NCBI GenBank assembly: GCA_043228905.1
Contig: JBHGNT010000007.1
Location: 13,640,001 to 13,704,000 of the forward strand
Source of the DNA: Azolla caroliniana
Taxonomy: Eukaryota; Plantae; Polypodiophyta
Direction of reading: 5' to 3'
DNA: 64,000 bases
Shown: positions 1 to 13,426 of the stretch, piece after piece
How positions within the stretch are numbered: position 1 is the stretch's first letter
How the letters are laid out: the number at the start of each line of letters is the position of its first letter
The notes under the pieces: generated by a model
The model's input: only the letters and a program-made list of their open reading frames with translations
What the model was told of the DNA's origin: nothing
Databases searched by the model: none
Position numbers and translations under genes: made by a program

Positions 1-529
1 AACAAGAAGCAATGTGTTGTGTGTTATTTATGTATAAAATATATAGGGTGCGTGGAGGTTATATGTCAAATTGTGGTGCAAAATCTAACAATTGACGATG
101 ATCGATGTTGACCCTTCTGTGCCATTTATTTCACTCATCCTTTGCTAGTCGAGTTGATTATTGACAATAATCATCATCAATACAATATCATGATTACTGT
201 CCTTAATGAACACCTCAACCCTATGAGACCGCCATCAATTAACTAATGTAGTGTTTATGAGCTCGCGATATAAAAGGTAAGGGAGTTTCAACCATCAATT
301 AACTTAACTGATAGAGTGTTTATGAACTCACCATCGATTATAAGGCCACAGATTAACCACACACACACACACACACACGTGTTACAACAAGTGTTGGGCA
401 AAGTCGTAGGAACAATGTTAGTGTTCTGGTTATATATAGGTTGGGACTTTGGCCGGCCAATCATGTGGGGGACACCCGGACCAGAGTCTTCCCATTCCTA
501 GCCGGCTCATATTTTTTTGAACCGGCTAT

Positions 530-572
530 TTATACATATACATACATACATACATACATACATACATACATA
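530..572. repeat. (TACA)n microsatellite upstream of PIG-W
   Basis: Direct run of TACA/TATA units; a (CA)n run also lies at about 358-378. Confidence 0.9.
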
Positions 573-679
573 GTTTATATGTATGTAAAAAAGAAGAAGT
601 TGTTATGTTTTTGTGTTTTGAGTCATTTTCCCAGTTTCCCTCTTTCTGTTTTTTCTAAAAACAATCTTTGCGTCTGATT

Positions 680-891
680 TCCTGCTCGCTATGCTCACTG
701 CTCCTTCCTCCTTCGTCGCTGATCGCTGCTTGTTACTCACTGTTCGCTACGCGCTGATCCTTGCTCATTGATCGCTGCTCGCTGCTCCTGAGTCCTTCCT
801 CGCTGCTCATTACTCGCTGATCGCTGCTCACTGATCGCCGCTCGACAGTACGTTACTCGATGCTCACCGCTCGCTGCTCCCTATTGTGGGG
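680..891 (+). repeat. Degenerate CTCGCTG/GATCGCTG low-complexity tract; probable non-coding first exon of PIG-W
   Basis: Many imperfect CTCGCTG(CT) and TGATCGCT units, ending at a strong donor G|GTGAGT (GT at 892-893) followed by AT-rich intron-like sequence. The exon role is inference. Confidence 0.4.
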
Positions 892-2298
892 GTGAGTGCA
901 CATTTTTCAGTGTTAGGATCTTGTGATGGTATTCATGATCAAAAAATGATGCATTGATATAATTTGATTCAAAATGAGGTTATTATGATTACTCTATCAT
1001 ATTATTTGATTACCCTATGCATTAGGGTCTTGTATTCATAATTTGATTACTCTATGATATAATTTGTTTCATCCCAAAAGAATGCGTATAAGTACATCCT
1101 CCTAAAGGTTGGAATGTTTAAACGGTAGGAATGGTTTCTCATGTATCATGCATCTCATGGGGTTTAAATCTTGTTTTATAAATCTTTATAATATATCAGT
1201 GGTGCAAACAAAACATTGGGATGATTGATCACTATACTGGACACCCTTACAATAAAAAAGAGATGTTTTCCTTGTACACACTTTTAATAAAATAAATATT
1301 TTCCAAGTTTCTCTGATGCCTTTTCACATACGCACATACAACATATTTTCCTAAGTAGTGAGAGGCTTTTATAGTTTTTAGGTTGCAAAGCTCCATGCTC
1401 CTCATTATGGATTGTTTAGTCAATTATGAGAATTGAGAAAAGTTACGGATTTAGACGTATTTTCAGTACATAATCTTTTCCAACACACTTTTGCGACCAA
1501 TAATGTGGGTAAAGTTAAGGATTTAGAGCTATTTTCAATATGTAATGTGTAACATTTTTTTCTCTCTGTTTTGGATTTGGTATGCGCTAAAAAATAATTT
1601 GAACATGTTCCGGTTGACATTGTCGCTTGTAGGAACGTGGCCAGCTGAAAATTTAAAATTCTGGTTAGGCTCATAAGAAGTAGGAAAATTTCCGGTAGGG
1701 GCTAGATCCACATAAATTTTCAATTACATTATAGGTTATAATGGTGCATGCGATAGAAAGTTTCTAAAGGATGGTGAAGAATCAAAGAAAATATGTGGAT
1801 TACAAATATCTTGGAATGAAAAATAAATATTACACCCTTTGAAGTGGAAAAAAGACATGACTTGGTTAGTGTTGGTATAGAACCAAGGAAAAATATGTGG
1901 ATTACAATAAACTTGGAATGAAAAATAAGTCCCATAACCTTTGACGAGCAGTATATTAATTCATCGAGGAACACAAACCTGACAAAAAAAGAGTTTTCTA
2001 GAGGTTTTGCAGTTTCCCTTAAATGATTTCAAATCAAAGCAGATCACAAGCCATACAAACAAAGACCATCCGATTAGAAAGGATAAAAGAATTTGCTCAG
2101 TCCACTTTTATGGATAGTCTATAATGAATAAAGAAATAGTTTAGCTAGTTTTCCTTGTTCAAATTTAGTAATAAAGCTGTAATGGATGGATACTCGATGT
2201 AATTATATACTCTGAACAGCTACATAGTTAATGTGGGCGCATACAGGCCCAAATTTGAGTGACATATAATCAAGAGTCGAATGCATCAAAGTGTTGAA

Positions 2299-5200
2299 AT
2301 GGATCCAATCACTTATAAGCAACTCAAAGAACAGTAAGTTCAACCATATTTAAGTCTAAGATTTGCATGAATTGTCGAAATTGTTTGTAATTTCTGCTTG
2401 TCATATCCAGATTTGTAAGCGACTTATCAGGAACGACCATGTCAGAAATTGCTGCTCTTTCAGCTATTTTTCCTGTGAGTATGCACCCCTGATTTTGTGA
2501 TAGATTGCATGTGTTGTTTAATTCTTCTGAAGGATAGATGGAATGTTAGAATTAATGTGTTTTATTTCAGAAACATATGGCAGTTGAGGAGTATACCATC
2601 ATGATTAAAATTAGTTACTAATGTCTGCTGTTGTAATATGTGCTATATTTAATAGAGCATCTTATTTATATTTTTTTACAGGCATTCTTGCTTTTACGTA
2701 AATGGAGTCTGATTCTTTTCAGAGATGGTGAGTTGATGCATCCACAATACTTGGTATTCTTGATTTCATCGAAGTAGAAAATGTTATTGAATACCTCAAT
2801 ATGCTTTATAGGATAGAGTTTAGTATTTGCGATTGTTCTATGAGGAAATCTATATTTGTTTGGTGATACTTGTTTTTACTACTCTTTGGGTGATCTAAAT
2901 TTTGACACACTATTTCCAATGAGTCATAGGAGAAGCCATGCAACAAATTTCGATACACTAAGGGTGTTACAAGTACAGATAGATAATGAGATATTTCAAT
3001 ATAGGCTGTATTAGAAGCTAATCTCATAAAATGGGCGTTTGCTGTTATGTTGTATTAAAAACCGAATTAAATATGAAGTAGTTTTTATTTATTTATTGTC
3101 AAGGGGAGAATATTGCAATGATTGCAAACATGAACTTCTTTTAGTGATAACCTTTCAAAATACACTCTTCTTTAATTTTATTTTTAAACGCGTGATCTGG
3201 TTATCACCCATCAACAGACTTGATGGAATCAATGTAGCCATGCGTTTATTTTGAGGATCTGTAACATAAGCTACGGTTCAACTTGAAATGGTAAGGAGAT
3301 TACCCCATAAGCTCATAGTAATCTCCCAGACAGAACTTTGCTTTGCAAAGTACTCAGCAGCCACCGGGTGATTGTTGAATTTGAGTTCAGCATATTTTTG
3401 GTATGATAAGAAATAAATTGCATTGATCTAACTGCTGTTCTCTTTGTTATCATTTAAAAATCAAGGATTATTTTGTTGTAGCTTCACCTGAAGATTTAAC
3501 TTATTTGGATGTTGAACTAATAGGTGTATATCTTTTGGATCAAACCTGGAACCAATATCCCATGTTTTGGATAAATATATTTGAGTATTTAGAGTAGGTG
3601 TATTATATAACTTGGTAGGCACGAGACTTTCAAAATAAATTTCCATGCTTTGCTTCATCTTGATAGACTTGTATTTGCTCTGTAAAATCTTGTAGGATCT
3701 GAATGCTCCTCCCAGCCCTGGATCGGTTGCCTTCGGGATTTATCCCTTGATTTTATAATTGTTGTTATTCCTATTTTAACTGTTATAACTGTAAGTGCTT
3801 ACTTTCGTTGTTTTCATTTTTTATTGTTTATTTGATCTCCTCTTCAATGCATATAATGATTTCTATTAATTTGATTGCTTCTTTTCAGATTCTTGCTGAC
3901 AGAGTCTATCTAATTATGGGAGTCATTTTCTGCACAATTTCAATTATCTTTTGGATATTGAGGTAAAGAGTCAAATTCTATTCTAATAATTTTTATTGTA
4001 CACAACATCTGATACTGATTATCACACATTTTCATATTGTCTTTACATGGCTTCTACTTTGCTTTTGGGTTTTGATCTTTAGATTACTCTTAACAACTCT
4101 ATTTTGCATATGCACAAGCTACTAAAACTCAGAGCATTTATCACATAGGATAGAAGAAGTAAGACTAGCATGTAAATTAAGTTACAAAAAATGGACAAAT
4201 GTAGAATTGTTTAGCTCTAGAAGGAGAACTGATATGTGCAATAAATGGGAATTTGATTCTAAATACATACTCAGTTTATTTTCTTATTTTTGTTCTTAGA
4301 TGAAATCCATGCACATGTTTCCATTTCTTTTTAAACTTTGCCATCCATAAGATTGAATTCCTATTTTGTCTATCCTCTGGTGAAGCAATGATCTACATCA
4401 TTATGATATGTAATTATTGTGAATGGGAGTTGTCTTCCTTTTGATCGAAGTGTAAATATTTTTCACAGGAGCCGGTCACAAACATTTAATATCCCATTTT
4501 ATAAGAAGAAAGAATTCAAGTCATCTCGATTACAGTTTGTTTCATCTTATCGATTTGTAGTAGTACGTATGAAGAAGCATCAATGCATAATGTATCTTTC
4601 CGAAATCTGGTTCTTGAACCTTATGTTTCATATTAACTCTTATTCTGCCAGATGCTGCTGACATGCTTATCTATCCTTGCCGTGGATTTCAATATTTTTC
4701 CAAGGAGATATGCCAAGGCAGAGACATATGGAAGTGGTTTGGTAAATGTTTTTTAATTCACAGTACCATTACTTTTGTGAATTGAAATTCGGATTCTGAT
4801 GCATGTCTAAACATTTAGTTTTTCCTCATTAAATCTGTTCCATTTACCATTTCTGCAGATGGATATTGGTGTTGGATCATTTGTAGTTGTCAATGCATTG
4901 GTCTCAAGACAAGCACGCGGTGTCTTACAGGGGTACTAAAACAGTTCATTTTCTGGTTGTTGTAGCCAATATTCTTTCAAATGATACGGAGAAGACAATG
5001 AAATATCAAACGACTATTAAATCTATAATATGGGCAATGGTGGTGTATGTACCACAGGAAGGAGCGTGCTAGTATTTTTCGAAGTATATGCCCATTATTG
5101 TTTATGGGCTTTGCAAGGTTATGCCTTACTCGAGGGGTTGACTACCAGGCATGTAGAACAAACTCAAGGTTGTAATAAATATTGTGGCATTTCATTGGGT

Positions 5201-7018
5201 CAAAGATTAAGATATTAGAACCCATGGCTACTTTGAGTCAAAAAATGCCACCAATATCATTTAAATCAAGGAAAGCTAATTGCCATGATTTGATAAGAAC
5301 TCTTTGCATGGTCATAAAACCATTGTTTACTTTAGTTTGGCATGATATCCTTGATTATATCCTGAGATTATGTTCCATAAACACACGATCTTTACACCCG
5401 TATTTAAGGTGCTTTTTGTTCAATATAAGTGAATGAAATTGATGTTATTGTAGGTTCATGTGGGAGAGTATGGAGTGCATTGGAACTTCTTTTTCACACT
5501 ATCAGCTGTGGCTCTTTTGACAAATTTGGTTCAAATTCCACCTTATCTTTGTGGGACGCTTGGAGCATTTGTATTGTTTGGTATAATAAATATCCCCTTT
5601 TGACTTACTTGAAGCTGAAATTATTGTTTAATAGCTCGTAAATGTTTCCACAAAGTAATAATCTGTTGTCCCAATGGACAGTATATCAAGTTCTATTGCT
5701 CTATGGTCTGAGTGAGTACATCAATTCTACAAAAAGAGGAGTTAATCTCTTCAGTCAAAATAAAGAAGGCATATTCAGCTTGTTTGGTAGGTTTGAGGCA
5801 TAATTGAACAATAATTCAGTTTCAGATTCCTTGTAGTAAATAAAGAATGGTATTTTTTATATGATGATGGAATCTGTATTAAGATTCAATATATATTATT
5901 ATACTCTTGACTGCAGGATACTGGGGCCTATATCTTGTTGGTGTACAACTGGGGCATTACATTTTCAAACCAAAAGAAAATCCTGTGAAAGAGAATGGAA
6001 GATTGTCTTTCAGTTATGTGTCAAAGATCTGGAATCTTACTGCTCTGTTCTGGTAAAATAATAACTTTGACTCAGTGTAATCTCTTTGTTTATTGGTATT
6101 TTGAATCAGCTTTTCAAGCAATACATATATTGTTTGTGGATTTTCACAGGATATTGGCATTACTCTCCAACTCTTTTGTCGAAAGAATCTCTCGCCGAAT
6201 GGTAACGCAGAACAAAGAAACTGGAAAATAACTGCTATTTGATCATTTATCTCAAATATTTCAAAATATTTTAAATTTGAGGTTTTCCCGAACCTACCCT
6301 AAACTCTTTGATTCAGTGATCTTTCCTTACAATACTTTATTTTTTTTATGCAGTGCAACCTAACTTATGTCATGTTTACACTAGCTATAAACCTTGAGGT
6401 AATTGTCAGTAGATCACCATTTATATTCACCTGAAGTAGTATTAAGCTCAATTGAAAGTGAAAGAATTTTCCAATACGAGATTGTAATTGAGACAGTACG
6501 TGTAATCAAATGTGTAGATAAAGGAATTTATATCCAAAAAAGAAAAAAGTCAGAAGGTGAACAATATAAGTTAAAGACCTCATTTTATTGCTTTTGCAGG
6601 GTCTTGGTGTGTTAGCTTTATCTGAATTAATTCCTGGGGGAGTTGGACAACTTATTCTTGAAGATATTTTTACTGAGAACATGTTGGCAACTTTCCTTTT
6701 GGTAAGTCAAGGGATGCATATATTCGCCTATATATAAATATTAGAAAAATACAAATTAAAAAAATAACCCAAAAAATCTAGGCTCACATGCTATATGCTA
6801 AAGATCTAAAAGTCATAAAAATATTAAGATCTGATATATGTATATATTGCTTATTGTTTGAGTGAAAGGCGAACGTGCTAACGGGATTGGTCAATTTGAA
6901 TGTGGACACTTTATTTGCGTCAACGAGCATGGCTTATGGTATATTGGTTGCATACCTTCTGGTCCTAGTTGCGGGGATGGGTTTATTGAGAACTATGGGC
7001 ATAAAGATCAAATTTTAA
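2299..7018 (+). CDS. PIGW: GPI inositol acyltransferase PIG-W/GWT1, 16 coding exons
   Basis: Exons read by hand: 2299-2333, 2411-2474, 2682-2727, 3696-3790, 3889-3962, 4469-4562, 4652-4741, 4859-4932, 5058-5148, 5454-5580, 5682-5786, 5917-6052, 6150-6201, 6354-6398, 6600-6701, 6869-7018. They splice in frame to MDPITYKQLKEQFVSDL...[34 protein letters not shown]...[21 protein letters not shown]...QNKEGIFSLFGYWGLYL...ERISRRMCNLTYV...NMLATFLLANVLTGLVNLNVDT...IKIKF*, which are hallmark GWT1 motifs. Confidence 0.95.
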
Positions 7019-8119
7019 TTGAACCTTACTGATTTTTGCAATACTTTTATATATACAGTTCTTGGCAAATTTTTTAACTTGCGCCTCTAATCTACGTGTA
7101 ACCCTGAAGGCAAAACGGCAAATCCAATGCACTGTTAGTGTATTATGGCTAAACATATGTTGACTTTTGTTGTCCTATGTTTTCTTAAGAAGAAATTGAG
7201 GGCATTCAAAATATGTGTACGTAATACTTGAGGATAATTTATATGTATATTCAATGAGAAAATTATGCCTTTTGTTTATACCAAACTTCATGGAAACTTG
7301 AAAGTGAGGACGAGGGTTGTAGCTCATTGATTCTACTGGGAAAAAAAGTAAAAATATTGTAAACCCTAGTTCCGTCAAATTAAGTTGTTCTGACTTTTTC
7401 TTTGAAATGGCTTGAAGAGGCAAGTTGTATGAAACATGTGCTCCCAACTATTGTTATTTTTTGGAGAGCTAAAGTTGATTAGTGCTTTACATGATGATTG
7501 TAAATTGTGTAACATTCTTGCTAAATAATATGTTGAAGGAATAGTAATAAATAAGTCACTTGTTTTGTTAGTGTTGGAGCTGACTAGTGGATATAAAGGA
7601 TGGTGGGTACCTCATGGAAACTAAAATCGAATCATAATGTTACATGGTTATAAGTTATAACATTGGAAGGTACATTTCTTTTTCAGAAGGCAGCCGCTTC
7701 TTTATACCCAATAGTTAGTTATCGCATAATTGAGAGAACCCAAGTTCAATCCTCACCATGGGCTAGGCTAACCTTATAGATTGTTTGAGGCCCTCTTGTG
7801 GATCTTAAAAAGACTCTTTCTCTCACACACACAAGCACACTTTGAGTGCCAAGCTTGTGTTGGTATTACCCCATCTCCCTTGTTCTTTGTCTGGCCATGA
7901 TTAATGATTAATGATTAGACTTATCCCTTCCCTCCAAAATTATAGGTTTCAAATACTTTTCTTTGGCCCACTGAAATTATATAACCTTGGATTCGGGTGT
8001 TGAGCCAATGGTTAGGCCCACCCTTATTACCTTTTATATGTCTTTCTTCTCTATTTGCTCCTCATTCTTAGTACTCCTTGATGTTGTCCTTACTCTCCCT
8101 CATGCCTAGGGCCTAGATC

Positions 8120-8410
8120 CATTGAGAATCAACACAACTTGTTGAGACTTAGAGCCTTTGTGAAAATATCTACCACATGCTCATTGGTGACAATGCATTG
8201 GAGGCCATTGTCTCCGGCCAATATCGTCTCACCGATATAATGACAGTGCACCTTGATGTACTTAGTATGGGCTTAGAACACGAGATTCTTTGACAACTAG
8301 GTGTTGCTAAGATTGTTGCACTAGATCAATATTAGCCCGTTGGCTAATTTGTTGAAGTCTTTCACTAGTATTTTAAGCCATACCACTTTGCATGCAATTA
8401 TGGTTGTGGT
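8120..8410 (-). mobile_element. Degenerate Ty1/copia RNase H fragment
   Basis: Minus strand reads a decayed ...TKYIKVHCHYI...EHVVDIFTKAL, the copia RNase H C-terminus. Confidence 0.65.
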
Positions 8411-9083
8411 GTTGTGAGATACTGAGCACACATTAAAAATAGATAAAAGATTATAGGATAGGGCAAAAGTATGAGAAGATGAAAGGTTAGGGGTTCACGT
8501 CTTGTTTGAACTATGAGAGGCTAATTGAATGTTAACGGGATGAACCCGAAGATCAACATTTGCTCACACCAGGCGTTGGAAAAATCGAAATGGAGTATGC
8601 AAGGTGAAATATTGAAATGCATGCTAAAAAGATAGTTACTATTTTTATTTCAAAGTCGTCTGGCTAGTTGGTCCTCTCAGTCGAAAGTCACAGATATCCC
8701 TAAAGCTCTACCCGTATGTCTGAAATCTCTATTTTCTTTATCTACCTTTCAAGCCACTCCGTGAAATAAAGTTGAGAATTATCTCGCTTGTATCTTAATC
8801 AATCTTCCAATCCTTGATAAATTTTTCCCTTTTGATATTTACACAAAATTAATTTCAGAAAATGTAACAAGGATTGTTATAACAAATTTTGGTTTGTGAT
8901 TTCGAGTTTGAGGTGCAAAGCTACACACGATTTTGGATCACTGCCTAGGGAGACTTGGCACGGCGAAGCAAATATTCTGCCTCTATGGTTGCCATGGAAT
9001 TTCCAGATCTCACTTCCAACCTCTGAGCAAAAACTTACGCGGTAACATGTAAATTTTAGATGGCAAGAGTCGAACCCACTATG

Positions 9084-9930
9084 TGTTACCCATAGGGTTT
9101 ATAGTCGAAGGCCAAAAGGGTCGAAAGCCAAAATAAGAGGCATGCTTCATTGAGAGATATTTTTGGATATACAGTGTCGTTGTTTATATTTGCGTCTTTG
9201 GTGTATTTTGATTTCATATAATAAGTGTTGTGTTGTTAGTAGCCGATTCGGCTATAGTCGATTTGACGATTGACTTACTATTACGGTTCGGTTCATTACT
9301 ATTTTTCGACCACTACCTTTGGTGAAGGATATCTTGTGAGAAGATATCCGACCGTGTTATTGAGGGAGTAACACATTTTGGTGACCACGATTTGTTTTGT
9401 GAGACGCACTGAACAATGGAGAATGGATGTCATCCGGTCAGAGTGACAACAAACGAACTGCACGTGGCAGGAGGTCGCGTTCCTAACGTATTCGGCATGT
9501 AGCCGAATGAGCATTTTAGGGCAGACAACAATAGTGAAAACGAAGGCAACAATAATACGACTCACCTTGTGGCAACGGAAATGACCTTTCGAACACTAGA
9601 GGAGGATTCAACCACTTTCTCAAGCTTGGAGACCCTTAGCTAGCAATCACGGTTCTGACGAAGACATGTCCAACCACCAAACTATTCGTCCAATCAACCG
9701 TCATACGAGTGACACTTTTGACCCATGGGCAGCAGAGGCCCATGCACAATCACCACTAGACAGCCCGTGAGGCGAGGAAGAGGACATATAGTCGTACCCC
9801 TACCTAAAATACAACGATAACCAAACGGCCGAAGCACACATTCGGGAGTTCCTCATGAAATGGCAAGCCAACCATGTCTCACAGAGACTATTTGCGGTTG
9901 ACACTGATCCATCAAAGATTGTCGAAAGGC
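9084..9930 (+). mobile_element. Athila/Tat-like gypsy remnant: 5' LTR (9084-9373), PBS, truncated gag
   Basis: TGTTACCC...GGAGTAACA, then TGGTGACCACGA (tRNA-Arg-type PBS) at 9379. The gag remnant YPYLKYNDNQTAEAHIREF...SKIV is homologous to the gag at about 50000-50090 (PYSKFREGVDAKAHVRDF...SKIV). Confidence 0.7.
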
Positions 9931-9984
9931 CGATGGAGATGATGAGGAGGGTAGGGGTGAAGGGCGTGCCGCACGAGCATTGAG

Positions 9985-10318
9985 GAGTGCACATGCCATG
10001 TTGATGGTGGATCCAGGTGAATGTAGTAGGATGATGTTGTCACTTGATTTGGGTGTTCTGGTCTCTAAGTGGTATGTGATGAAGAGGGGTGGGATTAGGA
10101 TTGGCCATCCAATGGTTTGGAGGGTAGTGTAAAGCCGCCTTTGTTGGCCTTCTTGACCAAAATAGAACCTCGTTGCCACCCATGCTCCCATCAAGCCAAG
10201 TGCGTCCATGACACAAAATGTGGCCAATAGGATCCAATGGTTCAGCCGCTTTCCCGATATATAACCGCATAGCCCTGCCCACCATCGTTGGATTCTCGTC
10301 CATGGATATGATTTCCAT
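9985..10318 (-). pseudogene. Purine permease (PUP family) N-terminal fragment, frameshifted and truncated
   Basis: MEIISMDENPTMVGRAMRLY-(frameshift)-KRLNHWILLATFCVMDALGLMGAWVATRFYFGQEGQQRRLYTTLQTIGWPILIPPLFITY matches the PUP first-TM pattern (W-LL...RLYF..GG...LQ.AGWP). No downstream TM helices are present. Confidence 0.6.
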
Positions 10319-10659
10319 GTTGGATTTGTGCAATTCTCAGTTTGGTGCTCACATGATGATAAAGATGCAACTATTAAGTGCTTGTTGCCTGCAATGCACA
10401 AACTTGGCTTCACCAATCACATAATAAAAGCTCAACATAGCCACAAATCAAGCAAGCAAAGAAATATCCTTGTGTGGGACTGATGTTACCGAATCTATAG
10501 ACTTTGGCTCTATACTTTGGGTCCAACAAACTAGAATATCCTTGTGTGGGACTATAAATAATAAATCTATAGCCTTTACCCCTACCCATGTACTTTGGCT
10601 CATTGCAAAGTATTGACCTTATTTATGTAAAGAGGTCATCCTTAAATCCAATGAAGGTC

Positions 10660-11600
10660 TAGTGTAGAGAGGGAGGGAGAGATCATGCTCCTACGAACAA
10701 AAGGTGTACGAAAGAAAGAGCTTATTTCCAAATCCATCTTGGAACCTAGCAACGATCCTTGAGAAGACATGTATTTGTATATCTATAATACATCATACAT
10801 TTATATGGAGAGAGACTGCATGTGAACACATGGGACCAAGGTCTAATATCTTGGTTGCAAATGAAGGTGTGATGAACCTGTTGCATTATCACCACGATGA
10901 AAACTTCTTGACCTCCCCAAGGGTGTTGTCAAATGAGACCGCCTCATGGCGCCACTGATATCTTCGTCGGGGCCCAAGGCTCCGCACGCCTTCAAGTGTT
11001 GTTCGACCCTTTTTCTTTCCTGGTCACCGATGTCTGCTATGGTACAACCTTCGATGTCAAAGAACCAAAATTTCCTACCTATGGTAAAGGTGTGGGGTTT
11101 CTTTTGGCTGTTTGGACTATCGTAGCCCCACGACTTGATAGCCCTCTTTAAAAATCCTCTCGGCCTTTGCCGTTGAGAGAATCCCGATTCTGCTCGTGGT
11201 TCGGCCGGACCGTCAAGAACTGGATGAAGTGCCGACCGTCTTGACTCTTCACCCTTGCGTAGGTTGAACCGTTGTCCAACATCTTTGTCTCCATCCGAGA
11301 TGTCGTGATGTATGGTTCCGAGGATGACAGATGGGAAGATGTCTCCTGCACGAAGAAGTGTTGGTCAAATCTCTACATCCCCGACCTTTACCCAGACATT
11401 TGTACACGCTCCGTGTAGCTCTTCCGTGGCCCTGGTCGCCGCGCGTATCTTCCACCCGTGCTTGGTGTTGATGGGCCACTTTCCCTTCTTGTAGAAGTCC
11501 ATTGACATCATATTTATTTCCGACCTGTGATCGATCAGAGCTACTACCGGCTCCTTCACATCCCCGATCCGGACTGGCGTCTCCGTGGTAGCTCTTGCCT
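10660..11600 (-). mobile_element. Ty3/gypsy fragment (protease and start of pol), same family as 50737-56614
   Basis: KEPVVALIDHRSEINMMSMDFYKKGKWPINTKHGWKIRAAT and QFLTVRPNHEQNRDSL align with 51121-51958. Confidence 0.85.
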
Positions 11601-11619
11601 AGTGTGGTCTCATGTAGTG

Positions 11620-12965
11620 GCTTTCAGATGATATTATTAATGATCATCGTCCACAATTCATCTCAAAGTTTTGGAAGCACATGTTCAAACTTCTCCGAAT
11701 TTTTGCTAAGCTTTCTTCGGGCTATCATCCTAAGACTAATGGCCAAATTGAGTGTACCAACCAGACTTTGGAGCAATATCTTCGTTGTTTCATCAACTAC
11801 CAACAAGATGATTGGGTTGATTTTTTGCACTTGGTTGAATTCGCTTATAACAACTCAGTTCATTCTTCTACAGGATATTCCCCATTTTTCGCAAATATGG
11901 GTTGTCATCCTCGATGGACGATGAATGTGCATCCAGACGTTCCTACCAACCTTGTTGCTGAGGATCGTCTTAGTCGCCTCCAACAAATTCATGGTACCAT
12001 TCTCCACAATTTGCATGATGCTCAAGTTACACAAAAGAGGCTTGCGGATCGTCATCGCCTAGACTCCTCCAAAACATTATGTGTTGGGGATCGTGTATGG
12101 CTTCTCCACCACAACATCAAGACCACTCGGCCTTGCGATGATCACTGGTAAGATAAGTGATGTTGCATTTCATCTTGGCCTCCCTCCGCATATGCGTCTT
12201 CATTCGGTGTTTCATGTCTCCCTTTTGGAAGCTTACACCACAAGTTCAATTCCGGGCTGTCTTACAACTTCCCCACCACCTCTTGAGTTCTTGGAAGGAC
12301 CTGAATTTGAGGTTGTTGTCATTCTCGATTCTAAAATCGTGCACAACAAGTTGTATTACTTGGTTGATTGGTTAAGCTATACCCCCAATGATCGAACTTG
12401 GGAACCTGCAGCAAATCTTTCCAATGCCGCAGACATGGTCACCACATTTCATCACCAATATCCTCATAAACTAGGCCCTAGTCCAAACCCTACGACTCAT
12501 GAGACGTGTTGTCGAAGAAGGGGGATAGTGTCATGATGGCACTCATATTATGCCTCGAAAGGATTTGAGGAAAACCCACGACCTTGTTATACACATATCC
12601 AATCCTTAACCATTGTAATAATATGCTTATATGTGTAGTTGTTAGAATCTATAATCTAATATCATAACAATATTCTATCACTCTACATTTTAGAATGACC
12701 TAGAATATTCTAGAGTGTTCTATATACTAGAACCTTCTAGATTACTCTATACTCTAGAATGTCCTAGATGATTCTAGAGTGTTCTATATTACTCTACAAG
12801 AACTTATAAATAGGGATTTATCAATCATCCCAAAACCAAATTGGTTCAATGCCATTCTATAGCTCTCTTTTGCCTAGTCTTTGTAATCCTTCTTACAGTG
12901 CAATATAGTATTTTCCTTTCAATTCTCTCTCTCTCCCTCCCTCCTTCTCTCTCTTTGTCTTGACA
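11620..12965 (+). mobile_element. Chromovirus 3' part: integrase, chromodomain, PPT and 3' LTR (12529-12965)
   Basis: YHPKTNGQIECTNQTLEQYLRCF, HSVFHVSLLE and chromodomain EFEVVVILDSK...YYLVDWLSYTPNDRTWEP; purine tract GAAGAAGGGGGATAG, then TGTCA...TGACA. Confidence 0.9.
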
Positions 12966-12969
12966 CCAT

Positions 12970-13340
12970 TGTTACCCGCATAGGTGTATGGGAGGGTTAG
13001 GTATAATGTGGAAGGTGCAATGTGTAATGTGAAATGTGAATATGTGAGTGTTAGGTAGGGTAAGTAGGTGTAACTACCCCCACTCGGCTTTTTGTAATGG
13101 TGAGATCTTGTACTATTTAAACCCCACCCGTCTCTCTCTCATTCTTATTCTCATTCTTTGTGTGCATCTCTTTCTCCTTCTCTCCCTCACATTTAAACCC
13201 CCTTGGGGGGGAACGCCCTACCGCCTACCCCCCTTGAGAGGAAGTTTCTCTCTCTTTCTCCCTCTACTTCTTTGAGTTTCTGTGTCTGTATCTAAGTGTT
13301 GGTGCAGCCGACGAAATGGTGCGTGTTCCATGAGAGGAGC
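12970..13340 (+). mobile_element. LTR of the TGTTACC (Athila/Tat-like) lineage, 3' end decayed
   Basis: Starts TGTTACCCG. Shares ACTATTTAA(A)CCCC and AACCCCCTTGGG motifs with the minus-strand LTR 18566-19029. GTGTTCCATGAGAGGAG resembles the end of LTR 29895-30507. Confidence 0.55.
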
Positions 13341-13376
13341 TTCTTCAGTTTTCTCCACCCCACCTTCCCAGTGAGA

Positions 13377-13422
<46 letters not shown>

Positions 13423-13426
13423 CAGT

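Noticed and set aside
7001-7018. PIG-W ends KIKF* without the terminal W seen in angiosperm homologues
   Set aside because: C-termini vary in the family (yeast Gwt1 recalled as ending IKL); no sign of pseudogenisation.
7700-7790. Possible SINE head (AGTTCAATCC B-box-like)
   Set aside because: No convincing A box, tail or TSD.
12966-12970. CCAT before the TGTTACC LTR as a third tRNA-end junction
   Set aside because: Only 4 nt remain after the chromovirus LTR, too short to be evidence.
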